Below, piece after piece: positions 1 through 7,411 of a stretch of 32,000 nucleotides of DNA (positions are counted from its first letter, which is position 1; each line of letters opens with the position of its first letter). The notes beneath the pieces are model-generated. The model saw only the letters and a program-made list of their open reading frames with translations. It searched no databases and was not told the DNA's origin. The position numbers and the translations under genes were made by a program. The stretch covers positions 30,001-62,000 of the forward strand of contig ACYB01000031.1 in NCBI GenBank assembly GCA_000175855.1. Reading direction: 5' to 3'. The stretch comes from Raphidiopsis brookii D9 (GTDB taxonomy: Bacteria; Cyanobacteriota; Cyanobacteriia; Cyanobacteriales; Nostocaceae).

Positions 1-235
1 AGGGAATATAGAGAATATTTAGTATTCTCCCGGGCAAAATGCGAGGTGGTAATACCTGTTCCCCAATAAATCATGATGAGGTTTCAGAGACCTTTGTAGT
101 TTGGTCTAGACTTAATTTTAAAGGTATTTTAAAAGAATAAAGAAAGAATTGGGTAAATTTCACCTATGAAGTTCGGTTATACCACCCCCATGATGTAGAC
201 GAAAGACTATAAGCTAGAGATCATGTAGTGCGGTG

Positions 236-257
236 TATACTTTAATTATACTTTAAC
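236..257. repeat. 11-bp tandem direct repeat TATACTTTAAT / TATACTTTAAC upstream of the HK-like gene
   Basis: Read directly. Two adjacent 11-nt units differ only at the last base and end 47 nt upstream of the GTG at 304. Each unit contains a TATACT -10-like hexamer. Confidence 0.6.
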
Positions 258-303
258 TATAGTTCAAATAATCGTCTCATAGTCAATCAAAGGGTGAAAA
301 CCT

Positions 304-1833
304 GTGTACCAATGGATTTTACCAAGTTTGGCAGAAATTCTGGCTCAAAGCCAATCCCACACAGTTCCATGTTCATCTGAAAAAGCAGAACAACAATGGC
401 GTGTCGGTCTTGCTGCTGCAGAACATCTCCTCCTAACGACTCTAACACCTACAACACCCCATCATACCACTCCAGGTTTTTGGTTTTTGACTGCACCAAC
501 TCCTCTGTTTGGTCAACCCAATCTGACTCAAAACCTACAGATAGTCACCTTCGCGACTAAACCTTTTAACCCTTTGGCTTTAATGCCATTTGATATATCA
601 CCAAAAGTGTTAGCAAACCAGGGCAATTTACTCTTTGATCAAGATACTACTATTAGAAGTAATACTTACTATTCCTATCTGTATAATAACAATAATAGCA
701 TTCTCCCTGATAATTCTATTTTACCTTTATTAGCCCCCGATCCCCTGGGAAATGAGCAGTTTTGTCTAGTATTTACAGAAAAATTTACACTGGCTTTAGT
801 ATTATCAGCTCCCACTGGTAGTAAAAAAGAGTTTTTATTTTCCTTTGAGCCGAATGTGGTTAAACAAGCTTGGCAAGCATTAGGAACAAGATTAGTTTTG
901 ACTAATCCAGAATTGTTTTCCCAATTAGATGCTAGGATTGGGAATTACCCCCTAACTGCACCAAACTATCAAACCATTATTCAATTTAGTCAATTTTTGC
1001 TTGCTGAATTACCAGAATCAATTGACAGGCCCACCCATTCTTTTCCTATCTTTTCCTTTCCCCAGGATCCCGTTTTGTCATCTGCAAAACCTCCTTCCCG
1101 TTCTGATGTAGAACTACTGCAGGCATTTTCCCATGAGGTGCGCACACCTTTGACAACTATTCGTACCATGACACGACTGCTATTAAAGCGACAGGATTTA
1201 CCTGGAACTGTTGTCAAACGTTTGGAAGTTATTGATCACGAATGTACTGAGCAGATTGACCGTATGGAGTTATTATTTAAGGCCGCAGAGTTAGAAACTT
1301 CTGAAACTTCAAATTCCCAAACCGGGCAAATTGGTTCCCAGCTCACACCAATGTCCTTAAATCAGATCCTAGAACAAATTATTCCCCGTTGGCAACAAGC
1401 AGCAACTCGACGTAACTTGACTTTAGATGTAGCTTTACCTCAACAATTGCCAACAGTAGTTAGCAATCCCGCTATGCTAGATCGTGTACTAACTGGATTA
1501 ATGGAGAGTTTTACCCGCAGTTTACCTCCTGGTAGTTCTATTCAAGTTCAAGTTATTCCTGCAGGTCACCAACTTAAATTACAGTTATTACCTCGGTTGG
1601 GTTGTCATAATTCTACTAAAGATGTTCACCTACCCATTCGTAAAGCTCTTGGTCAATTGTTAATTTTTCAACCAGAGACTGGCACTATTAGTTTGAATGT
1701 TGCTGCGACTAAACACCTATTTCAGTCTATAGGTGGCAAGTTGATTGTGCGGCAAAATTCCCAATATGGTGAGGTAATGACACTATTTCTACCTTTGGAA
1801 ATTGATCCTAAGCACTCTATGGTACCGTCTTAA
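304..1833 (+). CDS. Sensor histidine kinase-like protein with an intact HisKA H-box, a degenerate HATPase_c domain and no obvious TM segment
   Basis: 509-aa ORF with a GTG start preceded by AAGGGTG. The H-box FSHEVRTPLTTIRTM is present. The C-terminal ~150 aa keep the kinase-fold pattern (GGKLIVRQNSQYGEVMTLFLPLE) but lack canonical N, G1 and G2 residues. The N-terminal ~250 aa may be a DICT-like sensory domain; that is recall-based and low confidence. Confidence 0.8.
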   Translation: MYQWILPSLAEILAQSQSHTVPCSSEKAEQQWRVGLAAAEHLLLTTLTPTTPHHTTPGFWFLTAPTPLFGQPNLTQNLQIVTFATKPFNPLALMPFDISPKVLANQGNLLFDQDTTIRSNTYYSYLYNNNNSILPDNSILPLLAPDPLGNEQFCLVFTEKFTLALVLSAPTGSKKEFLFSFEPNVVKQAWQALGTRLVLTNPELFSQLDARIGNYPLTAPNYQTIIQFSQFLLAELPESIDRPTHSFPIFSFPQDPVLSSAKPPSRSDVELLQAFSHEVRTPLTTIRTMTRLLLKRQDLPGTVVKRLEVIDHECTEQIDRMELLFKAAELETSETSNSQTGQIGSQLTPMSLNQILEQIIPRWQQAATRRNLTLDVALPQQLPTVVSNPAMLDRVLTGLMESFTRSLPPGSSIQVQVIPAGHQLKLQLLPRLGCHNSTKDVHLPIRKALGQLLIFQPETGTISLNVAATKHLFQSIGGKLIVRQNSQYGEVMTLFLPLEIDPKHSMVPS

Positions 1834-1842
1834 CTCTACTAA

Positions 1843-3114
1843 TTAACAACTTTTAATTGGTTGGTTAATTGGCAGGCCCATTGCTAAAAGTGCAGTACCG
1901 TAAGCTGCTTCCGTGTGGGTGGATGGTATGACATTTGTTTTTAAAAATCTCTTTCTCATAGCAGTCCACGTAGAGTTAACTGCTCCACTACCAGCAGTAT
2001 AAACATGAATTAGTTTATCTGCACCTAGCTGTTGTAATAAACTGTATCCCTTCTGTTCTATCCTTGCCATACCTTCTAACAACCCATGTAAAAATTCCCT
2101 TGGATCTTCAGGTCTGGGATCCAGTCGCGGTGCGAGCATTGGATCGTTCACAGGAAAGCGATCGCCCGGTTGTAGCAAAGGATAATAATCTAACTGACTA
2201 GATGTACAGCCATCTATCTGCTGACTTAAACTAACCAATTCTTCATCAGTAAAAAACTTTTTTAATACTGCTCCTCCGGTATTAGAAGCTCCTCCTGCTA
2301 ACCACAAATTTCCCAAACGGTGACTATAAATTCCATATCGTGCATCTTCTATTCGGGTACGACTTAAGAGTTTCAAAACCAAGGTCGATCCCAGGGAAGT
2401 AACTGCTTCCCCTGGTAATTTAGCTCCACTAGCGAGGAATGCTGCAATGCTATCCGTTGTTCCCGCGCATACCCAACAATCACGTCTGAGTCCAAATCGG
2501 TCTGCTACCTCAGGAATTAGTTCGCCAATTTTTTCTCCCGGGGTCAGAACCCTTGGTAAATTAATGGGAATTTTCAGGTCCTCTAACCATTGTGGATATT
2601 TCAATTCCTCCACGTCATAACCTAACTTTAGTGCATTGTGATAATCACTAAAACCTAGTTTACCATGTAAAAGAAAACCCAACCAGTCTGCTTGATGTAG
2701 AAGATATCTAGCTTGAGAAAAAGTAGGTAACTGCTGCATCCATAATAATTTAGCCAGGGTAGAGGTAGCACTGAGAACAGTGTGATTAGGGGGAGCCACC
2801 TGTGCCAAACGCTTAATAAAAAGTGACCCTCTTCCATCGTTGTATAATAGAGGTAGGCAAACCGGTTCACCAATAGCATCTGTCAGCAAAACAGTAGAAG
2901 AAGTGCCATTAATGGCAATTCCCCTGATTTGTCGACGGGAATCCTGGGGAATTGCCCCTAAAAGCTCCCATAAAGTCGCTTGCCAATTACGACTCCCATC
3001 ACCCCTATTGGGATGGACAAGAAGACGAATTTCTCCCCTAATCGTGGAATCTTCATCGATTACTATGGACCGGGCACCGGAAGTACCAAAATCAATACCT
3101 AAATACAAAGTCAT
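1843..3114 (-). CDS. FGGY-family carbohydrate kinase (xylulokinase/ribulokinase-like)
   Basis: 423-aa ORF. The N-terminal MTLYLGIDFGTSGARS phosphate-1 motif and GGASNTGG are typical of the FGGY / ASKHA sugar-kinase fold. Confidence 0.85.
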   Translation of the reverse strand: MTLYLGIDFGTSGARSIVIDEDSTIRGEIRLLVHPNRGDGSRNWQATLWELLGAIPQDSRRQIRGIAINGTSSTVLLTDAIGEPVCLPLLYNDGRGSLFIKRLAQVAPPNHTVLSATSTLAKLLWMQQLPTFSQARYLLHQADWLGFLLHGKLGFSDYHNALKLGYDVEELKYPQWLEDLKIPINLPRVLTPGEKIGELIPEVADRFGLRRDCWVCAGTTDSIAAFLASGAKLPGEAVTSLGSTLVLKLLSRTRIEDARYGIYSHRLGNLWLAGGASNTGGAVLKKFFTDEELVSLSQQIDGCTSSQLDYYPLLQPGDRFPVNDPMLAPRLDPRPEDPREFLHGLLEGMARIEQKGYSLLQQLGADKLIHVYTAGSGAVNSTWTAMRKRFLKTNVIPSTHTEAAYGTALLAMGLPINQPIKSC

Positions 3115-3219
3115 TTTGGTTCATGTTGCGTCTTGTAAAAATATGTGTCTCAATTGTGGTAAAACCGTAAAATGGCCAGGAGATGTCAATTCATCCTGTT
3201 TTTTTGGAGGGTTACCACC

Positions 3220-3315
3220 ATGTCTATCTCAGATACTCAAGTTTACATTGCCTTGGCCGTAGCTTTAATTCCAGGTATTTTGGCTTGGCGTTTAGCTACC
3301 GAACTTTACAAGTAA
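3220..3315 (+). CDS. psaM: Photosystem I reaction centre subunit XII (PsaM), 31 aa
   Basis: Hand translation gives MSISDTQVYIALAVALIPGILAWRLATELYK*. This matches the PsaM pattern (single TM helix, C-terminal R-L-x-T-E-L-Y-K). A GGAGGG Shine-Dalgarno sits 9 nt upstream of the ATG. The gene is too short for the supplied ORF track, and the 60-aa track ORF at 3183..3365 is in a different frame. Confidence 0.85.
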   Translation: MSISDTQVYIALAVALIPGILAWRLATELYK

Positions 3316-3369
3316 TACCAGCGCAGCAGTTTGTAGCCATTCAAACAGTTTGTATAAAATTGTGAGTCC

Positions 3370-3388
3370 GTAGCGGGTCAACCGCTAC
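3370..3388. terminator. Hairpin between convergent psaM and the response regulator gene (GTAGCGG-gtcaa-CCGCTAC)
   Basis: Perfect 7-bp GC-rich stem with a 5-nt loop, lying between the psaM stop (3315) and the response regulator stop (3417). There is no clean U-tract on either strand, so confidence is moderate at best. Confidence 0.4.
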
Positions 3389-3416
3389 AGGGCTAGACGG
3401 CAACCCCTTTATTCCT

Positions 3417-4127
3417 TTATGGTTTTCGGGTATTTTGTAATGTGTAGTTATGGTAACTAAAACGATATCCTTTACCATAGACGGTGTGAATTAAGGTAGA
3501 CTCTCCACCTAACTCAATCTTACGTCGTAACAGACGAATTAACGCAGCAATGACGTTACTTTCCGGAGGTTTTTCCCCTTTCCATAAGTGTTGCATAATT
3601 TGACCATGGGTTAGTAATTGTTCTGGGTTTTCCATAAGATATTTTAGGAGTTGACTTTCTTTTTCTGATAGCTCTATTATTCTTCCCTGACGATGGGCAA
3701 CCTGATTTTCCATATCTAGTTCTAAATCCCCCACTGCCAACTTTCCCGTTGTGGTATAACTATCAACACTGGAACGACGCAGGAGAGCACGAACCCTGGC
3801 CAGTAACTCCCTTAGTTCAAATGGTTTGACTAGATAATCATCTCCACCCGCATCTAAACCCTGAACTCGGTCATCTAGAGTGTCCTTAGCGGTAAGAAAT
3901 AAAACGGGGATATTTTTCCCCTGACGACGCAATTCCTGGCAAATTTCCAACCCAGTTTTTTCCGGTAACATCCAATCTAAAATCAATAGATCATAGGTTC
4001 TTGTTTGTGCCAGTTCACTACCGCTTTTGCCATTATATGTTATATCTACTATATATCCTTCGCGGGTCAAAATTCGCCCTAGAGGATCCGTCAGTTCCAC
4101 TTCATCATCAACTAATAAAATTTTCAT
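3417..4127 (-). CDS. OmpR/PhoB-family two-component response regulator
   Basis: 236-aa ORF. The receiver domain shows [19 protein letters not shown] and KPF. The C-terminal winged-helix effector shows [12 protein letters not shown]. Confidence 0.9.
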   Translation of the reverse strand: MKILLVDDEVELTDPLGRILTREGYIVDITYNGKSGSELAQTRTYDLLILDWMLPEKTGLEICQELRRQGKNIPVLFLTAKDTLDDRVQGLDAGGDDYLVKPFELRELLARVRALLRRSSVDSYTTTGKLAVGDLELDMENQVAHRQGRIIELSEKESQLLKYLMENPEQLLTHGQIMQHLWKGEKPPESNVIAALIRLLRRKIELGGESTLIHTVYGKGYRFSYHNYTLQNTRKP

Positions 4128-4178
4128 GCTCCTAGTGAGATAATAAACCCCAAAGACACAAACATATCAAAAAAAATA

Positions 4179-4817
4179 ATGCTGACTGTTGCACTACCAA
4201 AAGGGGAATTACTTAAGAATAGCATTCAACTCATGCAATCTGCTGGTTTGGATTTTAGTGCCTTCCTAGATGCTGGAAACCGTCAGTTGCAAATTTATGA
4301 TGCTAGTGGAAAAGCTAAGGGACTGTTAGTCAGAGCGCAGGATGTACCTGTATATATTGAATACGGTCAGGCTCAACTGGGTATTGTGGGTTTCGATGTG
4401 CTAAAAAGAAAAAAACCGCAGGTGGGACAATTAGTTGACCTAAAGTTTGGGTATTGTCGAATGTCCGTGGCGGTAAAGTCTACCAGTTCTTATAAATCAC
4501 CCCTAGACCTACCTGCTCACGGTCGTGTAGCTTCTAAATATGTCAATTGCGCTCGGGAGTATTTTGAAAGTTTGGACTTACCAGTGGAAATAGTACCTTT
4601 ATATGGTTCAGTGGAATTAGGACCAATTACGGGGATGTCGGAAGCGATTGTGGATATTGTTTCCACCGGAAAGACCCTGCGGGAAAACGGACTGGTAGAA
4701 ATTGCCACCTTGTATGAAAGTACTGCTCGATTAATTGTTCATCCCCTGAGCTATCGTTTAGATTTGGGAGGGATATATAATTTAGCGCAAAGTGTCAAAT
4801 CGTCAGTTAATTCCTGA
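4179..4817 (+). CDS. hisG: ATP phosphoribosyltransferase, short form (HisG)
   Basis: 212-aa [29 protein letters not shown] and the [12 protein letters not shown]-loop-like PRPP motif are typical of short-form HisG. Confidence 0.9.
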   Translation: MLTVALPKGELLKNSIQLMQSAGLDFSAFLDAGNRQLQIYDASGKAKGLLVRAQDVPVYIEYGQAQLGIVGFDVLKRKKPQVGQLVDLKFGYCRMSVAVKSTSSYKSPLDLPAHGRVASKYVNCAREYFESLDLPVEIVPLYGSVELGPITGMSEAIVDIVSTGKTLRENGLVEIATLYESTARLIVHPLSYRLDLGGIYNLAQSVKSSVNS

Positions 4818-4827
4818 TGTGTCTTTT

Positions 4828-5247
4828 CTATTGTCGACAATTATCGCATGTTCCATGAACCGTAACCTGGTAAGTCTTTCCCCGCAAACCAGGACGGAGA
4901 TTTTTTAGTTCTATACATTCAAAGGTATCCCAAGGTACATCTTCAATTCCTCCACAACGCTGACAGCAAAAATGATGATGGGGTTCGATATTCGCATCAT
5001 AGCGAGATACCCCCTCCTGTAGGAGCACCTCCCTAACCAGTTCTACTTCCCTTAGAGCTTGTAAAGAGCTATATATGGTCGCTTGGGATGAAACCGGAAA
5101 GTCCTTATTCAGATCCGTCAAGATTTGATCCACTGTGGGGTGATCGGTACGAGATAACAAATTTGCATACACTGCAAAGCGCTGGGGAGTCACCCTCAAT
5201 CCCTTAGATTTTAAGGTTTTAATAATTGCGTTTGCTTGCTCCTGCAT
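4828..5247 (-). CDS. perR: Fur-family peroxide-responsive repressor (PerR / FurC-like)
   Basis: 139-aa ORF. It has an N-terminal winged helix (RVTPQRFAVY), HHHFCCQRCG and a C-terminal CDNC zinc motif. It is transcribed divergently from a peroxiredoxin gene, the arrangement known for Synechocystis perR-ahpC. Confidence 0.8.
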   Translation of the reverse strand: MQEQANAIIKTLKSKGLRVTPQRFAVYANLLSRTDHPTVDQILTDLNKDFPVSSQATIYSSLQALREVELVREVLLQEGVSRYDANIEPHHHFCCQRCGGIEDVPWDTFECIELKNLRPGLRGKTYQVTVHGTCDNCRQ

Positions 5248-5250
5248 GAT

Positions 5251-5283
5251 CCTAATCTTATTGATGAAAATTTTTAGATTAGG
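5251..5283. promoter_or_regulatory. Inverted repeat CCTAATCT-N17-AGATTAGG immediately upstream of the perR start codon
   Basis: Read directly. It has 8-bp perfect arms and starts 4 nt upstream of the perR ATG (5247, minus strand). It could be a 5'-UTR hairpin or an operator. Confidence 0.3.
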
Positions 5284-5351
5284 CCTAGTCTAGCATATCC
5301 CAAAATTAATGCCATTTACTGTTTAACAAAAAAAATAAGTATTTATTACTA

Positions 5352-5380
5352 TTGACTTTTTATTAAATCAGAATTATTCT
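5352..5380 (+). promoter_or_regulatory. Candidate sigma70-type promoter of the peroxiredoxin gene (TTGACT-N17-TATTCT)
   Basis: TTGACT lies at 5352..5357, followed by a 17-nt spacer and TATTCT at 5375..5380. This is about 50 nt upstream of the prx ATG. Confidence 0.45.
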
Positions 5381-5382
5381 GA
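5368..5382. promoter_or_regulatory. Candidate PerR/Fur-type operator, perfect 7-1-7 palindrome TCAGAAT-T-ATTCTGA
   Basis: Read directly. It has the same 7-1-7 architecture and AAT-N-ATT core as Fur/PerR boxes (TGATAAT-N-ATTATCA, TTATAAT-N-ATTATAA). It overlaps the proposed -10 hexamer. Confidence 0.5.
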
Positions 5383-5432
5383 GATGGGAATAGACATAAA
5401 CACAAATTTATCAATTAAACGAAGAGGTTAAC

Positions 5433-5966
5433 ATGGCTGTGATTCAAACCGTTCCTGACGTTGTTTTTAAAACCCGTGTTCGTGACGAGCTGATAGGTGG
5501 TTCCAATCCTTTCCGTTGGCAAGATCGGACTACAGAGCAGTTGTTTGCTGGTAAGCGTGTGGTTGTGTTTTCATTACCAGGAGCTTTCACTCCCACCTGT
5601 TCTACTTCCCACTTACCACGTTATGAAGAACTATATGACGAGTTTAAGAGCTTGGGCGTAGATGAGGTGATTTGTGTGTCTGTGAATGATGCTTTTGTTA
5701 TGTACCAATGGGGTAAACAACAGGGAGCGCAGAAAGTGTTTTTGTTACCAGATGGTAATGGAGAATTTACCCGGAAAATGGGCATGTTAGTGGACAAGTC
5801 CAACTTGGGTTTTGGGATGAGGTCTTGGCGTTATTCCATGGTAGTGAATAACTGTCAGATAGAAAAGATATTTATTGAACCTGGTTACGAAGATAATTGT
5901 CCTACTGATCCCTTTGAGGTTTCCGATGCAGACACTATGCTAAAATACCTGCAAAGCGTAAAATAG
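5433..5966 (+). CDS. Type II (Prx5-like, glutaredoxin/glutathione-linked) peroxiredoxin
   Basis: 177-aa ORF with the peroxidatic Cys motif [10 protein letters not shown] and [12 protein letters not shown], typical of PrxII/Prx5 enzymes. Confidence 0.9.
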   Translation: MAVIQTVPDVVFKTRVRDELIGGSNPFRWQDRTTEQLFAGKRVVVFSLPGAFTPTCSTSHLPRYEELYDEFKSLGVDEVICVSVNDAFVMYQWGKQQGAQKVFLLPDGNGEFTRKMGMLVDKSNLGFGMRSWRYSMVVNNCQIEKIFIEPGYEDNCPTDPFEVSDADTMLKYLQSVK

Positions 5967-5980
5967 TGAAATAAAATGTG

Positions 5981-5999
5981 AGAAGGAATAATTCCTTCT
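5981..5999 (+). terminator. Hairpin after the peroxiredoxin gene (AGAAGGAA-taa-TTCCTTCT)
   Basis: 8-bp perfect stem 15 nt after the stop codon, followed by T-rich TGCTAATT. This is a weak-to-moderate intrinsic terminator or attenuator ahead of gor. Confidence 0.45.
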
Positions 6000-6038
6000 T
6001 GCTAATTAAACCGATGGAAATTAAAAGAAATTATAAAG

Positions 6039-7391
6039 ATGAATTACGATTTTGACTTATTTGTAATTGGTGCAGGTTCTGGTGGTATTGCTACAGCTAG
6101 AAGAGCAGCAGAATATGGAGCAAAGGTAGGAATTGCTGAGTTTGATAGATTAGGTGGAACCTGTGTAAATCGTGGTTGCGTGCCCAAGAAACTGATGGTT
6201 TATGCTTCCCATTTTCCGGAATTGTTTTCTGATGCTGTGGGGTATGGGTGGAGTAGTATTACCAGTTCCCTAGATTGGGAAAAGATGATTAACGCGGTCA
6301 ATAACGAGGTAACTCGTTTAAATGGAATTTATCAGAGAATGTTGGATAATTCCCAAGTGGAGGTTATACAGGGATATGCCAAACTTGTTGATAACCATAA
6401 CATTACAGTTGGTGAACGCCAAGTCAGAGCAGACAAAATACTAATTGCAGTAGGTGGTTATCCGACTAGACCGAACATTCCAGGAATTGAACATGCTATT
6501 GTATCTGACGACATGTTCCATCTGAAAACTCAACCGCAAAAAATAGTAGTTTTGGGTGGTGGTTATATTGGGAGCGAGTTTGCCTGTATTATGAATGGAT
6601 TAGGCACACAAATTACCCAGATCATTCGTGGTGATATGATTTTACGTGGGTTTGACCATGATTTACGAAATGAAATTCAACAGGGTATGGGTAACCACGG
6701 TATTAATGTTATTAGTAATGCTCAAGTAAGTGCTATAGAAAAAGAAGGTGAAACATTCCAAGTTAAATTCCGTCAGGATGGACAAGAAGAAGACACGGTA
6801 ATTGTTGATGCGGTAAGTTTAGCAGCTTTAGGTCGCAAACCAAAAACTGAAAATTTGGGATTAGAAAATACCAAAATCCAATTAGACCAGGGGGCGATCA
6901 TAGTAGATGAGTATAGTCGCACGGAAGAGGAGAATATTTATGCTGTGGGTGACTGTACCAACAAAATTAACTTAACCCCGGTAGCGATAAATGAAGGTAG
7001 GGCATTTGCTGATACTGTCTTCGGAGGTAAGTCTCGCACCATGAGTTATGAAAATGTGCCTACGGCAATTTTTACCACACCAGAAGCAGCTACAGTAGGA
7101 CTAACAGAAGAACAAGCACGAGAGAAATATGGTGACGCAGTAAAAGTTTATCGCAGTCGTTTTCGTCCCATGTACTATACCCTAGCAGGGAAAGAAGAAA
7201 AAACCATGATGAAATTAGTGGTAGAGCAAACCAGTGATTTAGTCCTGGGGGCTCACATGGTGGGAAATAATGCAGCAGAAATTATTCAAGGGATTGCAAT
7301 TGCTATTAAAATGGGAGCAACTAAAGCCAACTTTGATGCTACCGTAGGGATTCATCCAAGTTCAGCTGAAGAATTTGTCACCATGCGATAA
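6039..7391 (+). CDS. gor: Glutathione-disulfide reductase
   Basis: 450-aa ORF. It has the FAD motif VIGAGSGG, the redox-active disulfide GGTCVNRGCVPKK and the C-terminal HPSSAEE motif of the glutathione reductase family. Confidence 0.9.
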   Translation: MNYDFDLFVIGAGSGGIATARRAAEYGAKVGIAEFDRLGGTCVNRGCVPKKLMVYASHFPELFSDAVGYGWSSITSSLDWEKMINAVNNEVTRLNGIYQRMLDNSQVEVIQGYAKLVDNHNITVGERQVRADKILIAVGGYPTRPNIPGIEHAIVSDDMFHLKTQPQKIVVLGGGYIGSEFACIMNGLGTQITQIIRGDMILRGFDHDLRNEIQQGMGNHGINVISNAQVSAIEKEGETFQVKFRQDGQEEDTVIVDAVSLAALGRKPKTENLGLENTKIQLDQGAIIVDEYSRTEEENIYAVGDCTNKINLTPVAINEGRAFADTVFGGKSRTMSYENVPTAIFTTPEAATVGLTEEQAREKYGDAVKVYRSRFRPMYYTLAGKEEKTMMKLVVEQTSDLVLGAHMVGNNAAEIIQGIAIAIKMGATKANFDATVGIHPSSAEEFVTMR

Positions 7392-7411
7392 TCAACGCGA
7401 CAATCACTAAG

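Noticed and set aside
1-74. Possible partial genes at the left edge. The minus strand reads MIYWGTGITTSHFARENTKYSLYS from an ATG at 74. The plus strand has a frame open from position 1 to a TAA at 67..69.
   Set aside because: Both frames are open over only about 22 to 24 codons, and neither peptide is recognisable. A GAGAATA-tttag-TATTCTC hairpin (11..29) lies inside both. There is not enough evidence to call a CDS.
990-1217. Short ORFs lying antisense to, or in shadow frames of, well-supported genes: 990..1217, 2655..2879, 2840..3262, 4517..4708, 5621..5803, 8961..9197, 11178..11363, 13168..13443, 14817..15074, 15920..16207, 17425..17631, 18616..18819, 19145..19378, 20640..20828, 21495..21689, 24505..24732, 26709..26960, 26961..27215, 27719..27922 and 30435..30728.
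   Set aside because: Each lies wholly or largely within a longer ORF that has clear family motifs, on the opposite strand or in another frame. Their compositions are low-complexity or odd, and none has a recognisable domain.
3183-3365. 60-aa track ORF in the FGGY kinase / response regulator intergenic region.
   Set aside because: The psaM reading frame (3220..3315), with its Shine-Dalgarno and family-typical sequence, explains this DNA. The 60-aa ORF is in a different frame and unrecognisable.
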